From NCBI GenBank assembly GCA_965209155.1, contig OZ242383.1, positions 3,168,001-3,232,000 of the forward strand: a stretch of 64,000 bases of DNA, written 5' to 3'. This document shows, piece by piece, positions 35,130 through 44,719 of the stretch. The DNA is from a bacterium. GTDB taxonomy: Bacteria; SAR324; NAC60-12. The notes under the pieces were generated by a model, which saw only the letters and a list, made by a program, of their open reading frames with translations, was not told the origin of the DNA and searched no databases. The position numbers were made by a program, and so were the translations under genes. The stretch's first letter is position 1; each line of letters starts with the position of its first letter.

Positions 35130-35933
35130 TCATTCCCCAGCCGGTTGGTCTGGTTTTGACCACCCCTTGTCGCCGGCCTTCAGACCCCCGTCAACGTTGA
35201 TGAACGTTCCCGAAACGAAGTCAGAGGCCGGGGAGGCAAGAAACACAGCCGCCCCCGCCAGGTCCTCCGGATTGCCTATTCGACCGGCCGGGGTCTCGTC
35301 GATGATGTAGGCGGTGCGCTCTTTGTTCTCCCAGACACCGACGGTCATCTCTGAATAGGTCCAACTGGGTGCTAGCAGATTGACCTGAATGTTGTCGGCT
35401 CCCCAGTCCAGGGCCATGGTCTGTGTCAGGTTTAACAAACCGGCCTTGCTCGCCGAATAGGGCGCATTGCCCGCAGCGGCAATCAGGGAATAGCCTGACC
35501 CAATATTGATGATTTTGCCCCCGCCGGCTTTCACCAGCATCGGGTGGGCCGCTTGAGAGACCAGGAACACCGAGGTCAGGTTGGTATCGATGACCCGATG
35601 CCAGGTCTCCAGGGTCACAGTCTGGGCCGGTTCACCGCCGTGACCGATGCCGGAATTATTGACCAGGATGTTGAGGCTGCCCAGTTCGCGGACCGCCATC
35701 TCTACAGTGTTGAGGATGTCGTCCTGCTCGAGGACGTCGCAGCGCACCCCGATGCAGCGGCGATCCAGGGCTTCGATTTCTTTGACGACGGCTGCCGTCT
35801 TCTGTTCATTGCGCGCCGCCACGACGATATCCGCCCCGTGCTGTGCCAGCCCTACGGCAATGGCGCGCCCAATCCCCCCGTTACCGCCGGTAACGATGGC
35901 CACCTTTCCGGTAAGATCAAACATGTCACTCAT
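35130..35933 (-). CDS. SDR oxidoreductase (KduD/gluconate 5-dehydrogenase-like)
   Basis: TGGNGGIG, NNSG, YSASK. Confidence 0.92.
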   Translation of the reverse strand: MSDMFDLTGKVAIVTGGNGGIGRAIAVGLAQHGADIVVAARNEQKTAAVVKEIEALDRRCIGVRCDVLEQDDILNTVEMAVRELGSLNILVNNSGIGHGGEPAQTVTLETWHRVIDTNLTSVFLVSQAAHPMLVKAGGGKIINIGSGYSLIAAAGNAPYSASKAGLLNLTQTMALDWGADNIQVNLLAPSWTYSEMTVGVWENKERTAYIIDETPAGRIGNPEDLAGAAVFLASPASDFVSGTFINVDGGLKAGDKGWSKPDQPAGE

Positions 35934-36326
35934 GTTACTACCTCCATACGAGAATAAAGAAAAATCAATAAATCAATGAATAAGATAACAAATATAAAAG
36001 GTGATTAATCATCCTCCCGCTATTTTGGATATCAAATAAAAATCAATGATTCTGCTTGACGCATCGTGCAACGTCACGCTGCGGAAAATAGACAGTAGAC
36101 AAATAGCAAACATTCGTCAACAGAATTATTAATCAAAGCATCCTGCAACGTCAGCGCTGCCGACAAAGGATGGGGGGCCAAGAGCCTGGGGTGATTTATT
36201 GCAAAGAGAAGAAAAAGCGCTTGCGGAAGTCGAACGGCTCCGTGCTCTCCTCCAAGAGAAAGATTCCGATCCCCGCTAATATCGGGTCTGGTTTTCGTGA
36301 TTTATTTTCGTAACTGTCCCCGGATT

Positions 36327-37265
36327 TCAAAGAGCGAGCGCTTCCAGGGTTTGCTGAATATCAGGAGGGAGCGGGCCGGCCTGGGCGGCCACGACGCTCT
36401 CCTCAATCTCTTCGGGTGTGGACGCGCCCACCAGGATAGTCGTAATCTCCCGATTGGCCATCAAAAAGCGCACACTCATCGCCGCAATCGAAAGACCCGT
36501 GGTCCGGGCCAACTCGAGGAGGCGCGCATCCTTGAAGATCGCTCCGTTGATGGGGCCTTTGCCCACAGAAAAAATGCCGCCAATCACATAGGCCATGCCC
36601 TGTTCACGAATGACCGGGAGCATCACACGCGGAGAAGTACGGTCCTTCAGCGAATACCCGCCGGCGGCCAGGCACATGTCGAGTTTCACCTGCTGCATCA
36701 CATGAGCCAGGAGCTCTAACCGGTAGCCACTGAGACCCAGGTAGCGGCAGAACCCCCGCACCTTGGCCTCACGAAGGGCTTGCATCACCGGTGCATTCTC
36801 GTAGTCGAGCGACTCCTCAATCTCCACGATCTCCATCTGCTCCCCTTCTTTCGCGTCCGGCTTCCAGAATCGTCTATGTTGCATATCGTGGCCTAAGAGC
36901 ACGTCGACCCGGTCACGACGCAGGACACGGAGGTTGTCTCGTACCTGCGCGAGACAATCTTCTACCGAATGATTGTAGGTCCGCCAGGCATTAATCTTAG
37001 TGGCCAGTAAATGCGGCTTGCTCGTCCCCTCGAGCCCCTCACCCATAATGCGTTGCGATTCACCCTCGCTGATCCACTTCCCATCAGCCGCGATGCCGTA
37101 CCAAGGAGAGGTATCAAAATAGCTGATCCCCAGATCCAACGCATGTTTGACGGTGGCCAGCCCGTGCTGATAGCTGTGCTTATGGAGCGCGGCGCCACCC
37201 AGCCCGATGAGGCTGACCATCTCCCCTGTACGCCCGAAGGGGCGCTGTTCCAGTGTCCCTGTCAT
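36327..37265 (-). CDS. Aldo/keto reductase
   Basis: FDTSPWYG, LATK, VDVLLGH; GGAGGAG RBS before ATG 37265. Confidence 0.88.
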   Translation of the reverse strand: MTGTLEQRPFGRTGEMVSLIGLGGAALHKHSYQHGLATVKHALDLGISYFDTSPWYGIAADGKWISEGESQRIMGEGLEGTSKPHLLATKINAWRTYNHSVEDCLAQVRDNLRVLRRDRVDVLLGHDMQHRRFWKPDAKEGEQMEIVEIEESLDYENAPVMQALREAKVRGFCRYLGLSGYRLELLAHVMQQVKLDMCLAAGGYSLKDRTSPRVMLPVIREQGMAYVIGGIFSVGKGPINGAIFKDARLLELARTTGLSIAAMSVRFLMANREITTILVGASTPEEIEESVVAAQAGPLPPDIQQTLEALAL

Positions 37266-37657
37266 AGAAACTCCTCCCCAGGCCTCGCCCACGGCTTCAG
37301 CTCCCCGATGATCGGTGTGTCGCGCGTGATGCGCTCCGCATTGCGGTCGCCCAGATGGCCCACGCCGTACCAGACCTTGAAGCCCAGGAGATCGAGAAGC
37401 TCTTGGGAGGCTTCCTCATACACCTCAGGAAGCAACACCAACGGATAGTTCTCGAAGGGCCTGAACATGGGCGGTTGGTAAGCGAAGGTGAGGCCCTTCC
37501 GCTCGCCAGTACGCTCGGCCTCGGCCTGCTCGCTGAGGCGCTCGCGTGCTTCGGCAAGCTGTTTTGGGGTCAGCGCTTCCTTGACGAGACAATATCCATG
37601 CTCGTCGATATCTCGTTTCATTGTCCCGGCGTCCCGGGTCCAAGTGGGTAGGGTCAT
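37262..37657 (-). pseudogene. Internally deleted duplicate of the phytanoyl-CoA dioxygenase gene
   Basis: Matches the N- and C-termini of 39426-40361 but lacks ~189 codons, including HQD and the distal His. The stop is lost (TGA to TGG). Confidence 0.9.
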
Positions 37658-37688
37658 TTTGCCTCCTAGATAAAGATAAACTCGGTTC

Positions 37689-38564
37689 TCATCGCACGGC
37701 ATCGTAGAATTGGTTCATGGCCTCAATTTGTTGCTCTACTGCACCAATGCCTAGATTCGAGGTGTAAAACGTTACATGAGTGGCTCCAACACTCGCCCAG
37801 CGCTCAGCCTCCCTCTGCCATTCGTCCGGTCCACCGATGCTACTGACCACCCAGCCATCGAGACCAAATGCGCTTGGCTCCCGCCCCTCGGCCTGTAGAT
37901 AGCTATGTAGGCGTTCCAGGGGACCTTCCAGCTTGTCCGGCCGAAACTGCGGCTGTAGTGGAATCCACCCCTGGCCGTATTTCGCAGCGCGTCTCAACAC
38001 CGGCTCCGCTCCACCGCCAAACCAAATCGGAATCGGCTGTTGAATCGGCAGGGGCTTGATCCCCGCGTGGTGCACCCGATCGAACTCGCCATCAAACGTG
38101 ACCTTGCGGTTGGTCCAGAGCAGGTTCATCAGTTCGCACTGCTCCGCCTGGCGACGCCCCCGCACGCGCATGTCCTGACCTAGCCCCTCATATTCGATGG
38201 GGCTGAACCCCACTCCAATTCCCAGGCGCAACCGGCCGCCGGAGACGATATCGAGCTGGGCCGCTTGTTTGGCAACCAGGGCGGTTTGCCGTTGCGGTAG
38301 AACCAACACCCCGCTGGCGAGGCCGACCCGCTCAGTCACCGCCGCGATGTACGCCATGGTCACAAAGATTTCATGGAACGAGTCGTCCACATCATACGGC
38401 CCATCCATGTCGGGTATCGCGGACCAGTCAGCCCCGAGGACGCGGTCCGAGACCACAACAAAATCGAAGCCGATCGCCTCTGCCGCCTGGGCCCAATCGC
38501 GGATCGCGACGTGGTCGGTCGGCAGGTCATTGGTCGGAAAAAACGCGCCAATCTGAATACTCAT
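37689..38564 (-). CDS. LLM-class (putatively F420-dependent) oxidoreductase
   Basis: LVLPQRQTALVAKQAA.LD..SGGRL.LGIGVG, P.P.Q.PIPIWFGG. Confidence 0.88.
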   Translation of the reverse strand: MSIQIGAFFPTNDLPTDHVAIRDWAQAAEAIGFDFVVVSDRVLGADWSAIPDMDGPYDVDDSFHEIFVTMAYIAAVTERVGLASGVLVLPQRQTALVAKQAAQLDIVSGGRLRLGIGVGFSPIEYEGLGQDMRVRGRRQAEQCELMNLLWTNRKVTFDGEFDRVHHAGIKPLPIQQPIPIWFGGGAEPVLRRAAKYGQGWIPLQPQFRPDKLEGPLERLHSYLQAEGREPSAFGLDGWVVSSIGGPDEWQREAERWASVGATHVTFYTSNLGIGAVEQQIEAMNQFYDAVR

Positions 38565-38612
38565 ACTCTTTCCTTTCTATTCTCAAATCCAAAAGTCATG
38601 AAGCTCTCCTTT

Positions 38613-39392
38613 TCAAAACATGAACCTCCCCCCATTCACACTGAGGGTCTGTCCGGTAATATAGCTGGCTTCGTCCGAGGCAAAGAAAGCCACAGCCGCG
38701 GCCATTTCCTCAGGTGTCCCTTTGCCCGTTTTTCTATACAATTTAGGAGTGCTGGGAGGAAGCTTTTTTAAAACATGTGACTCATTCTTTTGCATGTGCT
38801 CTACAAAAAGATCCCCTCCTGGAGTAGTGGCGAAAGGGGAAACACTGTTCACCGTGATATTATGTTCCATGAGTTCTCGTGCCCAGGCCTTGGTCAAGGC
38901 GATGATCCCAGCCTTGGCGGCTCCATAAGCCGCTTCACCGAACTCCCCTTCCCGACCTGCATCAGAACTCATATTGACAATCCTGCCATATTTTCTGGGG
39001 ACCATCCCCTCCAGGACCGCTTTGGTCACCGTCATGGGTCCCCTGAGATTCAGCGCTATTTTCCAGTCCCAGCTCTCCTCGGTACTCTCAATGAAAAGCC
39101 CGAATTCATCCCCACCGACATTGTTTATCAGGACGTCAATTCTTCCAAAGGTATCTTCAACCTCCCGGACGGCGCGCTTCACATCCTGGCTGTCGGTCAC
39201 ATCCATCTTCACCGCGATCGACTTTTTTCCTCCCTGGGAGAGGATCTCCTCAGCCACCACCTGCGCATTGTCAAGTTGGATGTCCAGAATGGCCGTCATA
39301 GCGCCCTCGCTGGCGAGCCTCCGGGTGGTTGCTTCCCCAATCCCTTGAGCCCCGCCCGTGATAATAGCCACTTTCTCTTCGAAACGTTTCAT
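38613..39392 (-). CDS. SDR oxidoreductase
   Basis: TGGAQGIG, NNVG, YGAAK. Confidence 0.92.
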   Translation of the reverse strand: MKRFEEKVAIITGGAQGIGEATTRRLASEGAMTAILDIQLDNAQVVAEEILSQGGKKSIAVKMDVTDSQDVKRAVREVEDTFGRIDVLINNVGGDEFGLFIESTEESWDWKIALNLRGPMTVTKAVLEGMVPRKYGRIVNMSSDAGREGEFGEAAYGAAKAGIIALTKAWARELMEHNITVNSVSPFATTPGGDLFVEHMQKNESHVLKKLPPSTPKLYRKTGKGTPEEMAAAVAFFASDEASYITGQTLSVNGGRFMF

Positions 39393-39425
39393 AGGGTCCC
39401 TTTCTTCATTATTACGAAGCCTTGC

Positions 39426-40361
39426 TCACGGCTTCAGCTCCCCGATGATCGGTGTGTCGCGCGAGATGCGCTCCGCGTTAAAGTCGCCCCGGTGGCCAAT
39501 GCCGAACCAGACCTTGAAGCCCAGGAGATCGAGAAGCTCTTGGGAGGCTTCCTCATACACCTCAGGAAGCAACGCCATCGGATAGTTCTCGAAGGGCCTG
39601 AACATGGGCGGTTGGTAAGCGAAGGTGAGGCCCTTCCGCTCGCCAGTCGGATCCTGAGAGAGGTAGGCTCCAGCTCCATGAATGAGCCGGCCGTCGAAGA
39701 TGAAGCAGTTGCCGGCCGGGCCTGTCACCTGTATCTGGTTCTTAATGTCGTCCTTGTTCGGTCGGCGTCCGAGCTTGTGGCTGCCGGGCACGATCCAGGT
39801 TGCGCCGTTTTCGCTGGTGAAGTCGTCCAGCATCCAAAAGACATTGCACACGATGCACGGCATCAGGGTCACTCCTGGTGTCACGGGCTGCCCAGGATTC
39901 GCGCGTGTGATCGATCCGGCTCGCATCGGCTCGTCATAGCGGCCGGCCGATGGGACGAACCATTGGTCCTGGTGCAGCGTCTGCGCTTGGCCACCACTGC
40001 GAATGATGACCGCCAAGAGATTTTGGATACGGATTTCCTCGCCGAGCACATGGCGCACAATGTCCAGAATGTCCGGCAGCGCAGCCATCTCGCGAAAGAT
40101 GCGGCCCTTGTTTGCGAGAAAATTCACAGCTTGGTTGTTGCCATCCTCGGGTTCCGGAAATTCTCCCAGGTCATCAGGGATCCGGCCGTTACTGAAGAAG
40201 CCGACGCCGGCCTTGCGCTCGGCCTCGGCCTGCTCGCTGAGACGCTTTTGAGCTTCGACAAGCTGTTCCGGGGTCAGCGCTTCCTTGACGAGACAATATC
40301 CATGCTCGTCGATATCTCGTTTCATGGTCCCGGCGTCGCGGGTCCAAGTGGGTAGGGTCAT
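39426..40361 (-). CDS. Phytanoyl-CoA dioxygenase (PhyH) family Fe(II)/2OG oxygenase
   Basis: LHQD, LDDFTSENGAT..VPGSH, LIHGAG. Confidence 0.9.
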   Translation of the reverse strand: MTLPTWTRDAGTMKRDIDEHGYCLVKEALTPEQLVEAQKRLSEQAEAERKAGVGFFSNGRIPDDLGEFPEPEDGNNQAVNFLANKGRIFREMAALPDILDIVRHVLGEEIRIQNLLAVIIRSGGQAQTLHQDQWFVPSAGRYDEPMRAGSITRANPGQPVTPGVTLMPCIVCNVFWMLDDFTSENGATWIVPGSHKLGRRPNKDDIKNQIQVTGPAGNCFIFDGRLIHGAGAYLSQDPTGERKGLTFAYQPPMFRPFENYPMALLPEVYEEASQELLDLLGFKVWFGIGHRGDFNAERISRDTPIIGELKP

Positions 40362-40404
40362 TTTGCCTCCTTTATAAACTTTGAATACTCATACTCTTTA
40401 CTGC

Positions 40405-40716
40405 TTACTCAATAATTTCAAGCCAAACTATCTTTGCAGGCCCGTCTGTCATACCTGCCGACTTCTGCCCGTACTCACTTTCAGGATCTCGGTTAGGATC
40501 TTTCGTGTAATTTTCATAATCTTCCATTTTTTCCCATTTACACCATATGTGGACGGTGCTTTGACCCGAATCATCTGTGGAAACTCCACTTTCCAAAGAA
40601 ATAAGCCCAGGTTTTGATTTTGTGAGAGCAAATCCTTTTGGAGACTTCAATAAATCCACAAATTCATCCTTCTTATCTTTTTTAATTTTCATTTCACAGA
40701 TATAAAGTACAGCCAT
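40405..40716 (-). CDS. Antibiotic-biosynthesis-monooxygenase (ABM)-like protein
   Basis: Dimeric alpha-beta barrel pattern (TKSKPGLIS, KWEKMEDYENY); GGAGG RBS. Confidence 0.7.
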   Translation of the reverse strand: MAVLYICEMKIKKDKKDEFVDLLKSPKGFALTKSKPGLISLESGVSTDDSGQSTVHIWCKWEKMEDYENYTKDPNRDPESEYGQKSAGMTDGPAKIVWLEIIE

Positions 40717-40739
40717 ATTCCTCCTGCAAATTAAAATAT

Positions 40740-41077
40740 TAAAGAATCCACCTTGACTAGCCGTCCGCGACTAGCCATCCGCCATAGAAGGTGGTTTTGA
40801 TGGGCCCCTGGAAGGGGCGTCTCGTGATCGTACTCGTGAGCCGTGCTCGTGAGCCGTGCTCGTGCTCGTGAACGAAACGGCATCCCTGAGAATCCTGGAT
40901 TCCCTGCCGTCTCTTCTATTCGGAATCCCCCTCTCAAGGGAATCGGGAACGTTTCTATCGAGCACGAGCACGATTACGAACACGGGCACGTTTCTGGCAG
41001 AGCCGATTATCTCTGACCATGACTAGGCTGGGCCGTATTCGGATCCCCGCCCAAAGGACGTGGTTTAATCAGATAAA
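40740..41077 (-). mobile_element. Second IS200-like shell with inverted (CACGAG)n arms and no gene
   Basis: On - strand: left end TTTAAT|TTTATCTGATTAAACCAC resembles the element's TTAAT|TAATCTCATTAAACCAC. Right end GCCCC..GGGGC plus CCACCTT..AAGGTGG. Hexamer arms at 40822-40874 and 40959-40990. Confidence 0.7.
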
Positions 41078-41108
41078 ATTAAAGCTCTCATTCTCACAAA
41101 TCTGAACC

Positions 41109-41981
41109 TTAACCTTTGGTAGCGCCTGCCGTGAGGCCTGACACGAAGTATTTCTGTAGCACGAGAAAGGTTACGATGATGGGCAGGCTGACAGTGACCA
41201 TTGAAGCAGCTAGTCCACCATAGTTCGTGTATAAAAAACCTATGTAGGTATTCTTGAACCCTATAGGAACCGTGGCCAGCGTTAAATCGGTAAGGAGTAT
41301 AATAACATACATCAGGTGATTCCAGGCTGCCAAAAATGAGAACATTCCGACGGCCACGAGCGCCGGAATAATGAGCGGCAGAACAATTTTGGTCAGGATT
41401 TGGAATCGATTGGCGCCATCGATGAGCGCGGCCTCCTCAATCTCCTTATCGATCGTGTCGATATAGGTTTTAAGCATCCAAATGGAGAAGGGTAGCACCA
41501 AACCGGTGACACCCAGGATGATCCCGGCGTGGGTGTTGAGTAAATTGAGCGATCGATAGACCAGGTAGATGGGTAACATGATCGCGACGTAGGGGAACAT
41601 CTGGGTCGAGAGAAGTGCTAGCAGCAGTGGGTTTTTGACGGGAAAGTCAAATCTTGAGAAACCGTAGCCGGCCAGGGCGGCCAAGACCATGGTAAGGAAG
41701 GTCACTGAGAAGGATACGATCGCCCCGTTTATGGCAAAGGTCAAAGTGCGACTGACCCCCCAATTTAACTCCTTGTACCCATCAGCTGTGGAAAGCCAAA
41801 TTTCCCTGTAGTTTTCTAGCGTCCACTCATTGGGTATCAGGGTGGGAGGCACGCTGTAAGACTCCTCCCAGCTCTTGAATGAGGTAATCGTTATCCAATA
41901 GAGGGGAAACGCAACGAAAACTAGGGCCAAAAGCAGAATGACGAACTTTGAAGTAGTAAGCAGATGTCTTGAGCTTGTCAT
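41109..41981 (-). CDS. Carbohydrate ABC transporter permease (MalG-like)
   Basis: EEAALIDGA (EAA motif), FLVLQKYFVSGLTAGATKG. Confidence 0.95.
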   Translation of the reverse strand: MTSSRHLLTTSKFVILLLALVFVAFPLYWITITSFKSWEESYSVPPTLIPNEWTLENYREIWLSTADGYKELNWGVSRTLTFAINGAIVSFSVTFLTMVLAALAGYGFSRFDFPVKNPLLLALLSTQMFPYVAIMLPIYLVYRSLNLLNTHAGIILGVTGLVLPFSIWMLKTYIDTIDKEIEEAALIDGANRFQILTKIVLPLIIPALVAVGMFSFLAAWNHLMYVIILLTDLTLATVPIGFKNTYIGFLYTNYGGLAASMVTVSLPIIVTFLVLQKYFVSGLTAGATKG

Positions 41982-41982
41982 C

Positions 41983-42900
41983 TTAATCCCCCAGCACTTT
42001 CATACTTCTCAGATACAGGTAGGCGAATCCCGTAAGCGCCAACAACCAAACGACGCCGATGGCGGAGGTGAGGCTGAAGTTTAATTGTTCAATGGAGGTT
42101 CTGTATGCCAGATTCACCAGGATATCCGTCTTACCGATCGGCCCTCCCTGGGTCGTGATAATAACGATATCAATGAAATTGAAGTTCCATATCACCATGA
42201 GGGTCGTCGTAATGACAATGACATTTTTGAGGTAGGGCAGCGTGATGTACCAGAAACGCTGAAATCGGTTCGCACCATCAATCACGGCGGCCTCTTCGAT
42301 CTCCCCGGGAATGGTCTTGAGCCCGGCCAGGAACATGATCATGCAGAAGGGGAACGACATCCAAATGGTAGCTATGATCACGGCGGGCATGGCCGTATCC
42401 AAACCCGCAAAGAAATTTATCGGTTTGTCAAGCAGACCGATTTTCGTTAAGAAAAAACCGATAACGCCCCCTTTTTGAAGAGACATAAACATAAAGAGAA
42501 AGGCCACCAGGGCCCCCGGCAAGACCCACGGTATGATAAAGAATGCTCGGAGTATGCTATTTGTGCGGGTCTGTTTATTGAGCGCCAAGGCCAGCAGTAA
42601 ACCAACCAGGGCCGCTCCGGCCACGGAAGATATAGTGTAGACGAGCGTCACCTGAACCGAATTCCAAAAGAAGCTGTAGGCGAAGAGTGTCTTGTAGTTG
42701 GCAAATCCGACCCAGGGCGATTCGTCCAGCTGAAACAGGTTAACGTCTCGAAAGCTATTGAGAATCCCCAGCCCGAGTGGGTAGAAAATCAGGCCGAAGA
42801 CGACAAGCAAGGCCGGCAAGGTCAGCAAAAATCCATAAATCCTGTCCCTCGTCTGTAAGTTCAGCTTGATGCCGAGGGAGCCCATAGTGCGGTTCATCAC
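41983..42900 (-). CDS. Carbohydrate ABC transporter permease (MalF-like)
   Basis: VGFANY, EEAAVIDGA, TQGGP. Confidence 0.95.
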   Translation of the reverse strand: MMNRTMGSLGIKLNLQTRDRIYGFLLTLPALLVVFGLIFYPLGLGILNSFRDVNLFQLDESPWVGFANYKTLFAYSFFWNSVQVTLVYTISSVAGAALVGLLLALALNKQTRTNSILRAFFIIPWVLPGALVAFLFMFMSLQKGGVIGFFLTKIGLLDKPINFFAGLDTAMPAVIIATIWMSFPFCMIMFLAGLKTIPGEIEEAAVIDGANRFQRFWYITLPYLKNVIVITTTLMVIWNFNFIDIVIITTQGGPIGKTDILVNLAYRTSIEQLNFSLTSAIGVVWLLALTGFAYLYLRSMKVLGD

Positions 42901-43059
42901 CTGTGCGGTATTAAGATTATTGGCTCCTTTGGAGTCGTAAGATAGCTCATGGTGCTACCAATGTCGTTAAGGTAAAATGGGCTGTGTCATGTCCGAATGT
43001 ACTTGGAAGCGAAGCGGCGGGGCAGGACAGTGTCCCGCCCCTCGGTGCGGTAACTTCTA

Positions 43060-44391
43060 TTACATACGGGTGACGATCTTAATGTTTGCTTCTGCTTCCT
43101 CCAATATCTCGTCAATCGGTTTATCCGTAAATACCGCTTTGTTCGCGGCATCAATGACGAATGGCGCCGCTCTACTCCACATTTTATGCAACCTTGGCAT
43201 TCTTACAAAGGGAAGGGAGTTGTTTTTCGCCGCGCGGTGTATGGCATTATCGTAGGGTCCGCCGGGCTTAAACATTTCCTTCTGCACACTGAGCGCGGGG
43301 GTAATAGTTTGATTAAAATGCCACAAGTTCTCTATCGCCCATGGATCGGTTGTAAACCAATAGGCAAATTTCCAGGCTTCTTTCTTCACCTTACTCTGTT
43401 CGGAAATAGCCAACTGATGGGCGACTGGCGGCGTTACCGGATCATCCCCCTTATTCAAGACGGGAAGTTTTGCCAATGTAACGCTCCCATCATAGAGCCC
43501 ACCGCCCCCCCAACGATCAGGATTAGCCGAAAGCAGATTACCTAGCAACCAAACCCCATCGATAAGCATTCCCAACTTTTCCATTGCAAACCCTCTTTCC
43601 CTTGGTGCCCCGATATCTTCCCCGGGACCATATAGCAATCCCGCTTTTGCCATCTTTCTCCGCCATTCCAGCCAGACCTTGGCTTCGGGGGTATTCAAAC
43701 CAATCTCACCCTCGGCAAGATTCTCCAGCGGAAAGACCCCAAAGTTCCAGGGCTCCCATATATTATGGTAATCCATCGTCCAATTCCAAGAAGGTACCCA
43801 AAAATAAAAATCTTCGCCATTGGATTGATCGCGTACCTTGATCGCGTTCTCGTATACCTCATCCCAGGTTTCCGCGATCCCAACATCATACTTCTTCAGG
43901 AGATCGAGATTGACCCACATGCTCGAAGGAGCCATCATCCATGGAATGGTATATACCGCATCACCTATTTTTCCTATGTCACGTGTATTTGGATCCAAAT
44001 CCGCCAGTTCTTCTGGTGTTGCAAGCTTGGTTAGATCGGCTAAAACGCCATTTATGGCAAGGTCGTAAAACCATAACTCGTCCAGCCACATGAGATCCGG
44101 TGCGTCACCCCCCGCTGCTCTCACCAGCAGTGACTGTGATGCATCACCCCAGCCAACACCTACCATTTGAATCTCCACATGGGGGTTTAGTCGCTCATAT
44201 TCCTCAATGGCTTTTTTTATAGCCTTTTGAGCTGGTGGCCACGCCCACTGAAAACTGTCGAATTGGATGACGGTTTTCTGGGCATACACGCTCCCAGCCA
44301 AGAAGACGCTTGCTCCCAGGATGAGAGCCAGCAGGGTTGCCCTGAAGGTTGATTTGCAGTTTAGATTAAACATAGCGATTATTGTTTTCAT
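43060..44391 (-). CDS. ABC transporter sugar-type substrate-binding protein
   Basis: Signal peptide ending VYA-Q, GDAPDL, EAWKF; lies upstream of two permeases. Confidence 0.9.
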   Translation of the reverse strand: MKTIIAMFNLNCKSTFRATLLALILGASVFLAGSVYAQKTVIQFDSFQWAWPPAQKAIKKAIEEYERLNPHVEIQMVGVGWGDASQSLLVRAAGGDAPDLMWLDELWFYDLAINGVLADLTKLATPEELADLDPNTRDIGKIGDAVYTIPWMMAPSSMWVNLDLLKKYDVGIAETWDEVYENAIKVRDQSNGEDFYFWVPSWNWTMDYHNIWEPWNFGVFPLENLAEGEIGLNTPEAKVWLEWRRKMAKAGLLYGPGEDIGAPRERGFAMEKLGMLIDGVWLLGNLLSANPDRWGGGGLYDGSVTLAKLPVLNKGDDPVTPPVAHQLAISEQSKVKKEAWKFAYWFTTDPWAIENLWHFNQTITPALSVQKEMFKPGGPYDNAIHRAAKNNSLPFVRMPRLHKMWSRAAPFVIDAANKAVFTDKPIDEILEEAEANIKIVTRM

Positions 44392-44702
44392 AAGATTCTC
44401 CTTAAAAAAATAAATGACAAAATGGCATTAACAGAATAGCGATTTTCGATTTCATAAGATTCTCCTTAAAAAATAAAAAAAATGACAAAATGACGCTCTC
44501 ACGCGCCCATGATTTTCAAAACGGGTTTTATTCCATAGGCATTTCCTCCTTTAATGATGATTTACTTCGAGTGTCTGACCGATAACCCTTTTCTCCCCTT
44601 AAATCGTCCCCTTGCTTCGCGTTGGGACGCGCTGCTTTGGAGTTTTAGTCAGGGACCTCTCCCTTCCTCAGCGGAAAGAATTGATTTGTTTGGAATAATA
44701 TA

Positions 44703-44719
44703 GGCAAGGATGGTGCCAA
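44703..44719 (-). promoter_or_regulatory. Sigma54 -24/-12 promoter of the ABC operon
   Basis: TTGGCACCATCCTTGC on - strand (GG-N10-GC), just downstream of a sigma54 activator gene. Confidence 0.8.

Noticed and set aside
36185..36279. Fragment ...ALAEVERLRALLQEKDSDPR* resembling a Uma2-family C-terminus
   Set aside because: Too short and low in complexity to support.
38790..40355. 521-aa + strand ORF
   Set aside because: It is antisense to well-supported SDR and PhyH genes in GC-rich DNA and has no recognisable motifs.
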